Shown: positions 23,925 through 32,000 of the stretch, piece after piece
Numbering within the stretch: position 1 is the first letter of the stretch
How the letters are laid out: each line of letters starts with the position of its first letter
DNA from: Actinomycetes bacterium
Lineage (GTDB): Bacteria > Actinomycetota > Acidimicrobiia > Acidimicrobiales > Ilumatobacteraceae
Length of the DNA stretch: 32,000 bases
Direction of reading: 5' to 3'
Assembly (NCBI GenBank): GCA_031359995.1
Contig: JANMAT010000009.1
Coordinates: 12,547-44,546 of the forward strand
Notes under the pieces: generated by a model
Told to the model about the DNA's origin: nothing
The model's input: the letters and a program-made list of their open reading frames with translations, nothing else
Database searches by the model: none
Program-made: the position numbers and the translations under genes

Positions 23925-26216
23925 GTGACACTTCCTCTCGATGGCGTACGGGTGCTCGAGCTGTCCTCCGGCGTGTCCGGGGCCTACGCCGGACGCATGC
24001 TGCGCGGCTACGGCGCCGATGTGCGCCACGTCGATCTGCCGGCCGTGCTGCCGCTCACCGCCGACGAAGCCACCTATCTGCATGCCGGGAAACCACACCT
24101 GCCGGTGCCGGCCGACTGGATGGCGGCCTTCGCCGCTTCCGACATCGTGCTCAGCGACCTGCAGCCCGCCGGTCTGGCCGCCCACGGCATCGACTGGACG
24201 GTCGTGCACGAGCGCTACCCGCACCTCGTGGTCGTGTCGGTCACGCCGTTCGGCCTCACCGGCCCGTACGCCGACTGGAAGGCCACCAACGCCGTGTCGT
24301 TCGCCATGGGCGGCATCATGTCGCTCACCGGCGACCTGGGCCGCACCCCGCTGGTGACCGGGGGCAACCAGGCCCAGGTGCTCGCCGGTCTGAACGCGTT
24401 CGCGGTCGCCGCCACGTGCTGGTACGGCCGGCGCCGCCACGGTGTGGGCGAGGTGGTCGACCTGTCGGCCCAGGAGTGCGCCTCGGGCATGCTCGAGCTG
24501 TACGCCGCGTCCACCTCGGTGGGCGGCCCGGTCATCCCCCGGCTGGGCAACCACACCCGCGCCACGTGGGGCATCTACCCGTGCCTCGACGGCTGGGCCG
24601 GTGCCTTCGCGCTCGAGCGCCAGATCGCCGGTCTGTTCCGCCTGCTCGACGACCCCGAACTGGCCGAACCCCGCTTCGCCGACCCGTTGCTGCGCATGGA
24701 GCCCCTGAACGAAGAGGCCCTCACGGCCAAGATGTACGTGTACTTCATGGACAAGACCAAGGCCGAGGTGCTGGCCGCCGGTCTCGCCGCCAAGGTGCCC
24801 GTGGGCGTGGCCATGACCCCGGCCGACCTGCTCGCCGCGCCCGGGCTGCACGAGCGCGGTGCCCTCGAACAGGTCGGCGACGCCACCGTGCCCTCGCGCC
24901 CGTTCCCCGGGTTCGGTTGGCGACCGTCGGGCGAGCCGAGGCCCGACGGGCCGTGGGAACCGCGTTCGGCCGCCATCGACCCGTCGAGCCGGGGCACGCT
25001 GCCGTTGGCCGGTCTGCGGGTGATCGATCTCACCATGATGTGGGCCGGCCCGTTCGCCACCATGCACCTGGCCGCCATGGGCGCCGACGTCATCAAGGTC
25101 GAGTCGCCCGCGGCGTGGGACAACATCCGCACCCTGGTGCCCCAGCCCAACGCGCCCGACCCGTGGAACTCGGCCTACTACTTCCAGGCCTACAACCGTG
25201 ACAAGCGGTCGCTCACGCTCGACCTGGCCCAGCCCGAAGGGCGCGACCTGCTGGCCCGGCTGCTGGCCACCGCCGACGTGCTCATCGAGAACTACCGCGC
25301 CGATGTGCTCGACAAGCTCGGCTTCACCGACGAGGTGCTGCAGGCGGCCAACCCCCGCCTCGTCACCATCAGCATGGCCGCGTTCGGCAAGGTCGGCCCC
25401 GACGCCAAGTACGTGGGCTTCGGTCCGGTCATCGAACTGATGTCGGGCCTCACGTCGCTCAGCGGCTACGAGGGTGACGAGGAGCCGTTCAAGACCGGCA
25501 TCTCCTACGGCGATCCGGTCGCCGGTCTCAACGCGGTGGCCGCGGCCGTGCTCGGCCTGATGGAGCGCGACGCGACCGGCGCCGGCTGCCACATCGACCT
25601 GGCCCAGCGAGAGACCGGCACCGTGCTCATCGGCGAGGCGTTCGTGGCCGCGTCACGCGGGGAGGAGTGGGTGCACCGCGGTTGCCGCGACGCTCGCATC
25701 GCACCCCAGGGCGCGTACCGTGTGAAGGGCGAGGAGCAGTGGATCGTGGTGTCGGTGCGCACCGACGACGAGTGGCGCGCCCTGTGCCGCCTGCTCGGCC
25801 GCGACGACCTGGGCGGGCTCGGTGTCGACGAGCGACGGGCCCGCCACGACGAGATCGACGTCGTCATCCAGGACTGGTTGCGGATGCAACGACCGCACCT
25901 CGCCATGGAGACCCTGCAGGGCGCCGGCGTGCCCGCCGGGCGCGTGCTCGACACCGGCACGGTGCTCGACGACATCCAGCACCTGCACCGCAACTTCTGG
26001 GTGCACCTGCCCAACCCGAAGATGCCGCGGCACAAGCAGCACAGCGTGTCGTGGCGCCTGCAGGACGCCGCGCCGGAACCGAAGCGCCACGCGCCGTTCT
26101 TCGGCGAGCACAACGCCGAGATCCTGGCCGAGCTCGGCATCGGCGTCGACGACCTGCCCGGGCTGGCCGAGCGCCTGATCATCGCGGATGCCCCCATCAA
26201 CCCCGGCGTGGGCTGA
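23925..26216 (+). CDS. Tandem-fused family III (CaiB/BaiF) CoA-transferase, two complete modules in one 763-aa chain
   Basis: Module 1 starts LDGVRVLELSSGVSGAYAGRMLRGYGADV. Module 2 starts LAGLRVIDLTMMWAGPFATMHLAAMGADVIKVESP. Module 2 has the Asp context GISYGDPVAGLNA. The aligned position in module 1 is GGNQAQVLAGLNA, with Gln at 24375-24377. Confidence 0.85.
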   Translation: MTLPLDGVRVLELSSGVSGAYAGRMLRGYGADVRHVDLPAVLPLTADEATYLHAGKPHLPVPADWMAAFAASDIVLSDLQPAGLAAHGIDWTVVHERYPHLVVVSVTPFGLTGPYADWKATNAVSFAMGGIMSLTGDLGRTPLVTGGNQAQVLAGLNAFAVAATCWYGRRRHGVGEVVDLSAQECASGMLELYAASTSVGGPVIPRLGNHTRATWGIYPCLDGWAGAFALERQIAGLFRLLDDPELAEPRFADPLLRMEPLNEEALTAKMYVYFMDKTKAEVLAAGLAAKVPVGVAMTPADLLAAPGLHERGALEQVGDATVPSRPFPGFGWRPSGEPRPDGPWEPRSAAIDPSSRGTLPLAGLRVIDLTMMWAGPFATMHLAAMGADVIKVESPAAWDNIRTLVPQPNAPDPWNSAYYFQAYNRDKRSLTLDLAQPEGRDLLARLLATADVLIENYRADVLDKLGFTDEVLQAANPRLVTISMAAFGKVGPDAKYVGFGPVIELMSGLTSLSGYEGDEEPFKTGISYGDPVAGLNAVAAAVLGLMERDATGAGCHIDLAQRETGTVLIGEAFVAASRGEEWVHRGCRDARIAPQGAYRVKGEEQWIVVSVRTDDEWRALCRLLGRDDLGGLGVDERRARHDEIDVVIQDWLRMQRPHLAMETLQGAGVPAGRVLDTGTVLDDIQHLHRNFWVHLPNPKMPRHKQHSVSWRLQDAAPEPKRHAPFFGEHNAEILAELGIGVDDLPGLAERLIIADAPINPGVG

Positions 26217-26236
26217 CGGGGGCCGCCGGCGGGTCG

Positions 26237-27217
26237 TCAGATCGAGCCGCTGAAGGTGTCGCAGTCGTCGGCGTTGCCCGTGCGGAAGCCGGTGGTGAAC
26301 CACTTCTGGCGCTGGGCCGACGAGCCGTGCGTCCAGGTCTCCGGGGTCACCTTGCCCTGGAACTCCCTCTGGATGCGATCGTCGCCCACGGCGGACGCGG
26401 CATCGAGGCCGTCGGCGATGTCCTGATCGGTGATGGACGTGATCAGGGGTCGGCCGGTGTCGCCCTGCGGTTCGGTGGTGGCGTGGTTGGCCCACACACC
26501 GGCGTAGCAGTCGGCCTGCAACTCGAGCCGCACCGAGCCCGAGTTGGGGCCCTGGCGGTCGCCCGACTTGTCGACCTGGGCCGAGGTGCCCAGCAGGTCC
26601 TGCACGTGGTGCCCGTACTCGTGGGCGATCACGTAGGCCTCGGCGAACTTGCCGCCCTTGGCGCCGAACTTCGTGGTGAGCTCGTCGAAGAAGCCGAGGT
26701 CGAGGTACACGGTCTTGTCGCCGGGACAGTAGAAGGGGCCCACGTCGCTCGACGCCGCACCGCAGCCCGTGTCGGTCTGGCCGGTGAAGAGCTGCGTCTT
26801 GGTGAGCGTGTACTTGATGTTGGCGCGGGCGAACTCTCGCGCCCAGTAGTTCTGCACGCTGTTGACGACGCCGACGATGAGGCAGGCGTCCTTGGTGTTG
26901 GCGTCGGCCCCGGTGAGGCACGCGGCGTTCACGCCGTCGGTCGCACCGGCCGGTGAGACCGAGGTGTCGCTGCTGGCGCCGGGGAACACCTGGTTCGAGG
27001 TCGGGAAGCCGTTGCCGCCGCCGAAGATCTTCCCGCCGCCGAAGATGAGGGCGAGGATCAGCCCGATGATGCCGAGGCCGCCACCACCGACGGCGACCTT
27101 GCTGCCACCGCCACCGAACATGCCGCCGAGCCCGCCCGCGCCACCACCGCCACCGCCGCTCCCGCGGCGATCATCGATCTGGCTCGTGTCGAGCTTGGCT
27201 CCCTGGTCGAACTCCAT
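26237..27217 (-). CDS. YpfJ-family putative neutral zinc metallopeptidase
   Basis: 326 aa from ATG 27217 (GAAGGAG SD). Gly-rich N-terminus with a TM segment ([13 protein letters not shown]). Contains [18 protein letters not shown] and the HExxH site [11 protein letters not shown]. Confidence 0.85.
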   Translation of the reverse strand: MEFDQGAKLDTSQIDDRRGSGGGGGGAGGLGGMFGGGGSKVAVGGGGLGIIGLILALIFGGGKIFGGGNGFPTSNQVFPGASSDTSVSPAGATDGVNAACLTGADANTKDACLIVGVVNSVQNYWAREFARANIKYTLTKTQLFTGQTDTGCGAASSDVGPFYCPGDKTVYLDLGFFDELTTKFGAKGGKFAEAYVIAHEYGHHVQDLLGTSAQVDKSGDRQGPNSGSVRLELQADCYAGVWANHATTEPQGDTGRPLITSITDQDIADGLDAASAVGDDRIQREFQGKVTPETWTHGSSAQRQKWFTTGFRTGNADDCDTFSGSI

Positions 27218-27351
27218 CACCGTCTCCTTCGCCGCCCGGGGCGGGTGGGCTGAAACTAGCGGGCCGCCACCACCGCCCCCTCGCATGGGACGGAGTTCGC
27301 GACGATCGACAGTGCCGCTGCCAGTAGAAGGGTGGTGCTAGACCGACGACC

Positions 27352-28002
27352 ATGGCCGACCTCCTCCCGCTCGATCCCGACCAACTGCTGTCCACCACGC
27401 GCGCCGTGCGCAAGCGCCTCGACCTCACCAGGCCCGTGCCCCGCTCGGTGATCGAGGAGTGCCTCGCCCTGGCCGTGCAGGCGCCGTCGGGCTCCAATCG
27501 GCAAGCGTGGCAGTTCGTGTTCGTCGACGAACCGGCCAAGAAGAAGGCGCTGGCCGATCTCTACGGCGAGGTGTTCGACGAGTACATGAACGCGCCGGCC
27601 AGCGCCGACTACCAGCCCGGTGACGTGCGGGCCGAGCGGCGCGACGCGGTGAGCGCGTCGGCGCTGCACCTGCGCCAGCACTTCCACGAGGTGCCCGTGC
27701 TGATGCTCGCCTACCAGGAGGGTCGCATCGACGCCGAGCCGGCGGCGCGCCAGCCCGGCTACTGGGGCTCCATCCTGCCGGCGGTGTGGTCGTTCATGCT
27801 CGCCCTGCGCGGCCGCGGCCTGGGTTCGGCGTGGACGACGATGACGTGTCGCAAAGAGGCCGAGGTCGGCGTGGTCATCGGGGTGGACCACACGAAGTTC
27901 ACCCACGCCGGCATGTTCCCGATCGCCTACACGATCGGCACCGACTTCAAGCCGGCGTCACGGCTCGACCTGGACTCGATCACCCACTGGAACTCGTGGT
28001 GA
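27352..28002 (+). CDS. Nitroreductase-family protein
   Basis: 216 aa. Contains TRAVRKRLDLTRPVPRSVIEECLALAVQAPSGSNRQAWQFVFV and GSAWTT. Its 3' end overlaps the convergent GHMP-kinase ORF by 23 nt. Confidence 0.85.
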   Translation: MADLLPLDPDQLLSTTRAVRKRLDLTRPVPRSVIEECLALAVQAPSGSNRQAWQFVFVDEPAKKKALADLYGEVFDEYMNAPASADYQPGDVRAERRDAVSASALHLRQHFHEVPVLMLAYQEGRIDAEPAARQPGYWGSILPAVWSFMLALRGRGLGSAWTTMTCRKEAEVGVVIGVDHTKFTHAGMFPIAYTIGTDFKPASRLDLDSITHWNSW

Positions 28003-28857
28003 CCTGCAGCCCGCTGGTCGTCGGCCGGAGGTCGAGCACCCGCCACCCGTGATCGGGCCGGTCGAGGGCGGCGCGCACTTCGGCCGGATCGCGCCCGGTG
28101 CCGGCCAGCACGGTGACGGTGCCGCCCGGGCCGCCGGCGCCGTTCACCTTCCACCCGAGTGCGCCGAGCCCGCGGGCGGTGGCCCAGACCGCGTCGGCGG
28201 CCTCGCTGACCAGCGCCGGATGCAGGGCGCGCTGGCCCTCGGTGGCGTCGGTGAGCGCCTCGGCCCAGCCCTCGATGTCGCCCATGCTGAGCGACCCCGC
28301 CGCCATCGCACCGGCGCGTCGCAACGGCTCCAGCCGGGCGCCGGCGGTCGCACCGAGCGCGGCGATGACCTCGTCGTGCACCGTGCTCGACGTGTGGGGG
28401 CGGCCGAGGTACACCGTGATCAGCCGGTCGGTGAGCGCCCGCCAGGCGGTGGCCGGCACGCGGATGGGCGTCACGATGGTGCGCGGGTAGTCGGCGATCG
28501 CGATGTGCACGGCGCCACCGTGGGCACAGGCCAGCTGGTCCTGCACACCGCTCTGCCAACCCAGCTCGGTGGTCTCGATCGCGTGGGCGGCGGTGGCGAT
28601 GGCGGCGGCGTGCTGCTCGCGTTCGCCGCCGAGCGCCCGCAGCGCGGCCACCAGCGCCACCACGACCGAGGCCGACGTGCCCAGCCCGCTGCCCGGCGGC
28701 ACGGCGCTGGACGCGGTCACCGCCACGCCGCGGTGACGGCCGGGCCGAGCGCCACCGAGCACACGACGCCGTGCCCGGCGAACCAGGTGTCGGTCCAGCC
28801 GCCGGCGTCGGCCGCCCGCACCGGGGTGCGGGCCACGGCAGAGGTCACGGGCGCCAT
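27980..28857 (-). pseudogene. GHMP-family sugar/small-molecule kinase split by a frameshift near 28717-28726
   Basis: The N-terminal motif-I piece MAPVTSAVARTPVRAADAGGWTDTWFAGHGVVCSVALGPAVTAAWR* runs from 28857 to a stop at 28717. Motif II PPGSGLGTSASVVVA and motif III KVNGAGGPGGTV continue in a different frame down to 27980. Confidence 0.5.
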
Positions 28858-28910
28858 CGGCCGCCACGCTACGTGGGCAAGACCAGCACCCCACGACGGC
28901 GCCCTCACTG

Positions 28911-30080
28911 TCAGGCGGGGACGAGGTCGAGGAACTGCCAGCGCTTGTCGTTGGCCACGCCGACCAGCTCACGGCCGCAGTTCTGCAGCACGGCGGGCGA
29001 CGAGGTGACGTGTTGGGTGCCGGCGTGCACATCACGCACGAGACGCTGGATGGTGCCGCGGCGCAGCGCGGTGGTGCCGGCGGCGAGGTAGACGAAGTTC
29101 GCCACCTCGGCGAGAGCGGCCGTGACGTTCGTGAGCGACAGGCGCACCAGCGTGTGCTGGCGGCGCGACAGGTGCTCGCCCTTGTCCAGCGCGACCTGGG
29201 CGTCGCGCCAGGACTCGAGCAGCAGCGCCTTGGCGGCACGCAGCGTGGCTTCGGCCTTGGCGAAGCCCTCGAGGAACGAGTCGCTGTCGGCCTGGGCGCC
29301 GGGGCGACCGGCCTTCGACTGCACCAGCTCCGACAGCTCGTCGAGCAGGCGGCGACCCACGCCGAGGGCCCAGCCCGAGTGGCAGATCTCGGCGAAGCCG
29401 ATGATGCCCACGTGGTACAGGTTGCCGCCGCGCTTGGGATCCTGGGTGACGGCGAAGTGCGAGTAGCCGTCGGGCACGTACACGTTGTCGAGCGTGTAGT
29501 CGATGGAGCCCGTGCCCCGCAGGCCCATCACGTCCCAGTTGCCCAGGAGCGTGGCCTTGTCGCGCGGCACGACGAAGATGCGGGGCTCGCCCGTGCCCTC
29601 GATGATGGCGAGGGTGTGGATGTGGGTGCCGTGCAGCAGGCCCGAAGCGAAGCTCCACGAGCCGCTCACCAGGAAGCCACCGTCGTGGGACACGGCCACG
29701 CCCGGGCGGGTGCCCTGGCCGGCGATCACCGGCAGACGCTGACCGGGCCGGAACAGCTCGGCCACGGCGTCGTCGGCCAGGTAGGCCGCGCCGGTGCCGG
29801 TGGACAGGCACGCCGCCATCACGACCCAGCCCGCGGATGCGTCGCCGTAGGAGAGGTTCTCGAGCACCTCGAGTGAGCGCACCGGGTCGAGCTCGGCCCC
29901 ACCGAGCACCTCGGGCACCCACATGCCGAACAGGCCCTGCTCGTGGAGGGCGTCGACGACCACCGGCGCCAGCTCACCCTGCGTGTCGGCGTAGGCCGCA
30001 TTGGCATCGAGCAGTGGGATCAGGGCCCGGGCCCGCTCGGCCAGCTCGGATGATGTGGTCAGTTCCGCTCCTGCAAGCAT
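28911..30080 (-). CDS. Acyl-CoA dehydrogenase-family flavoprotein (possibly of the ACAD-like monooxygenase type)
   Basis: 389 aa from ATG 30080. Contains GLFGMWVPEVLGGAELDP, GSWSFASG and NWDVMGLRGTGSIDY. The track ORF (568 aa) is over-extended upstream. Confidence 0.8.
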   Translation of the reverse strand: MLAGAELTTSSELAERARALIPLLDANAAYADTQGELAPVVVDALHEQGLFGMWVPEVLGGAELDPVRSLEVLENLSYGDASAGWVVMAACLSTGTGAAYLADDAVAELFRPGQRLPVIAGQGTRPGVAVSHDGGFLVSGSWSFASGLLHGTHIHTLAIIEGTGEPRIFVVPRDKATLLGNWDVMGLRGTGSIDYTLDNVYVPDGYSHFAVTQDPKRGGNLYHVGIIGFAEICHSGWALGVGRRLLDELSELVQSKAGRPGAQADSDSFLEGFAKAEATLRAAKALLLESWRDAQVALDKGEHLSRRQHTLVRLSLTNVTAALAEVANFVYLAAGTTALRRGTIQRLVRDVHAGTQHVTSSPAVLQNCGRELVGVANDKRWQFLDLVPA

Positions 30081-30113
30081 GGTGCAGTCCCCCTCGTCAC
30101 AGTGGCCGTCAGC

Positions 30114-30137
30114 CGGTCGCTCGATGTCGAACGACCG
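30114..30137. promoter_or_regulatory. 24-bp near-perfect palindrome, candidate TetR operator in the divergent ACAD/fadD promoter region
   Basis: The sequence is cggtcgcTCGAtgTCGAacgaccg. The 11-nt arms match at 10 of 11 positions around a 2-nt centre. It lies 34 nt upstream of the ACAD ATG and 92 nt upstream of the fadD ATG. Confidence 0.45.
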
Positions 30138-30228
30138 ATCACGGTAGCGGACCCTCCACCGCCGGCGGAAGGGGCTCGTTCGTCGGTGGGGGCCGGGCGC
30201 CCACACCGCGACGTGCCACAATCCCGGC

Positions 30229-31763
<1,535 letters not shown>

Positions 31764-31767
<4 letters not shown>

Positions 31768-32000
31768 GCGCCACGCCGCCGCCTCACGGGGGATCGAAGA
31801 AGCTCGGTCGGCCCCCGGCGTCGGTGGGTGACCTGACGCGCCTGCGCATCCTGGACGCCGCCCGCACCTGCTTCTCCGACAGCGGCTACGACGGCACCAC
31901 GACTCGCCAGATCGCCGAGGTCGCCGAGCTGACCACCGCGGCGATCTACCACTACTACCGCTCGAAGTCGGAGCTGTACCGCGAGGCACTGGTTCAGACC
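31764..32000 (+). CDS. TetR/AcrR-family transcriptional regulator; N-terminal 79 codons, continues beyond the window
   Basis: Hand translation from GTG 31764 (GTGA overlap with the fadD stop): ...LTRLRILDAARTCFSDSGYDGTTTRQIAEVAELTTAAIYHYYRSKSELYREAL. This is the canonical TetR HTH. Confidence 0.8.

Noticed and set aside
26996-27163. A GGN-codon low-complexity tract (poly-Gly coding) that looks like a simple-sequence repeat.
   Set aside because: It encodes the normal Gly-rich N-terminus flanking the TM helix of YpfJ-type metallopeptidases. It is not an independent repeat element.

Overview
Very GC-rich, gene-dense chromosomal segment; third codon positions are almost always G/C. It looks actinobacterial: a mycothiol-dependent MDMPI/DinB-type enzyme, PPOX/F420-type split-barrel proteins, MurT/GatD, and many ATGA/GTGA start-stop overlaps. 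I can support about 35 protein-coding genes. I found no rRNA, intact tRNA, CRISPR array, transposase or integrase.

Content, left to right:
- Partial YjbR-like gene and a PPOX-family gene.
- A co-directional minus-strand array: orphan clpP, P2-type cation ATPase, secreted SGNH hydrolase with three tandem ~110-aa repeats, and a GGDEF/EAL membrane protein.
- A divergent SRPBCC-ArsR pair.
- A ~2 kb islet of slightly atypical codon usage: DUF4259, a VOC protein and two or three tiny genes, one an excisionase-type HTH.
- A minus-strand cluster: ferredoxin, APC permease, USP, MDMPI, Baeyer-Villiger monooxygenase.
- NfeD/SPFH pair and a crotonase.
- A four-gene group-3b-type [NiFe]-hydrogenase.
- murT-gatD, then a tandem-fused family III CoA-transferase.
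- YpfJ-type metallopeptidase and a nitroreductase.
- A frameshifted GHMP kinase.
- A divergent acyl-CoA dehydrogenase / fadD-tetR lipid module.

I do not see convincing evidence for a new multi-gene system such as a defence system. The most unusual items are:
- the hydrogenase, whose large subunit has no C-terminal extension and which has no maturation genes nearby;
- twin GCAAC-N6-GTTGC palindromes in the clpP/SRPBCC-arsR control region;
- the small HTH-containing gene pair inside the islet;
- the triple-repeat SGNH protein;
- the fused CoA-transferase, which has one apparently dead module.

All calls rest on hand translation and motif recognition. No database search was possible.
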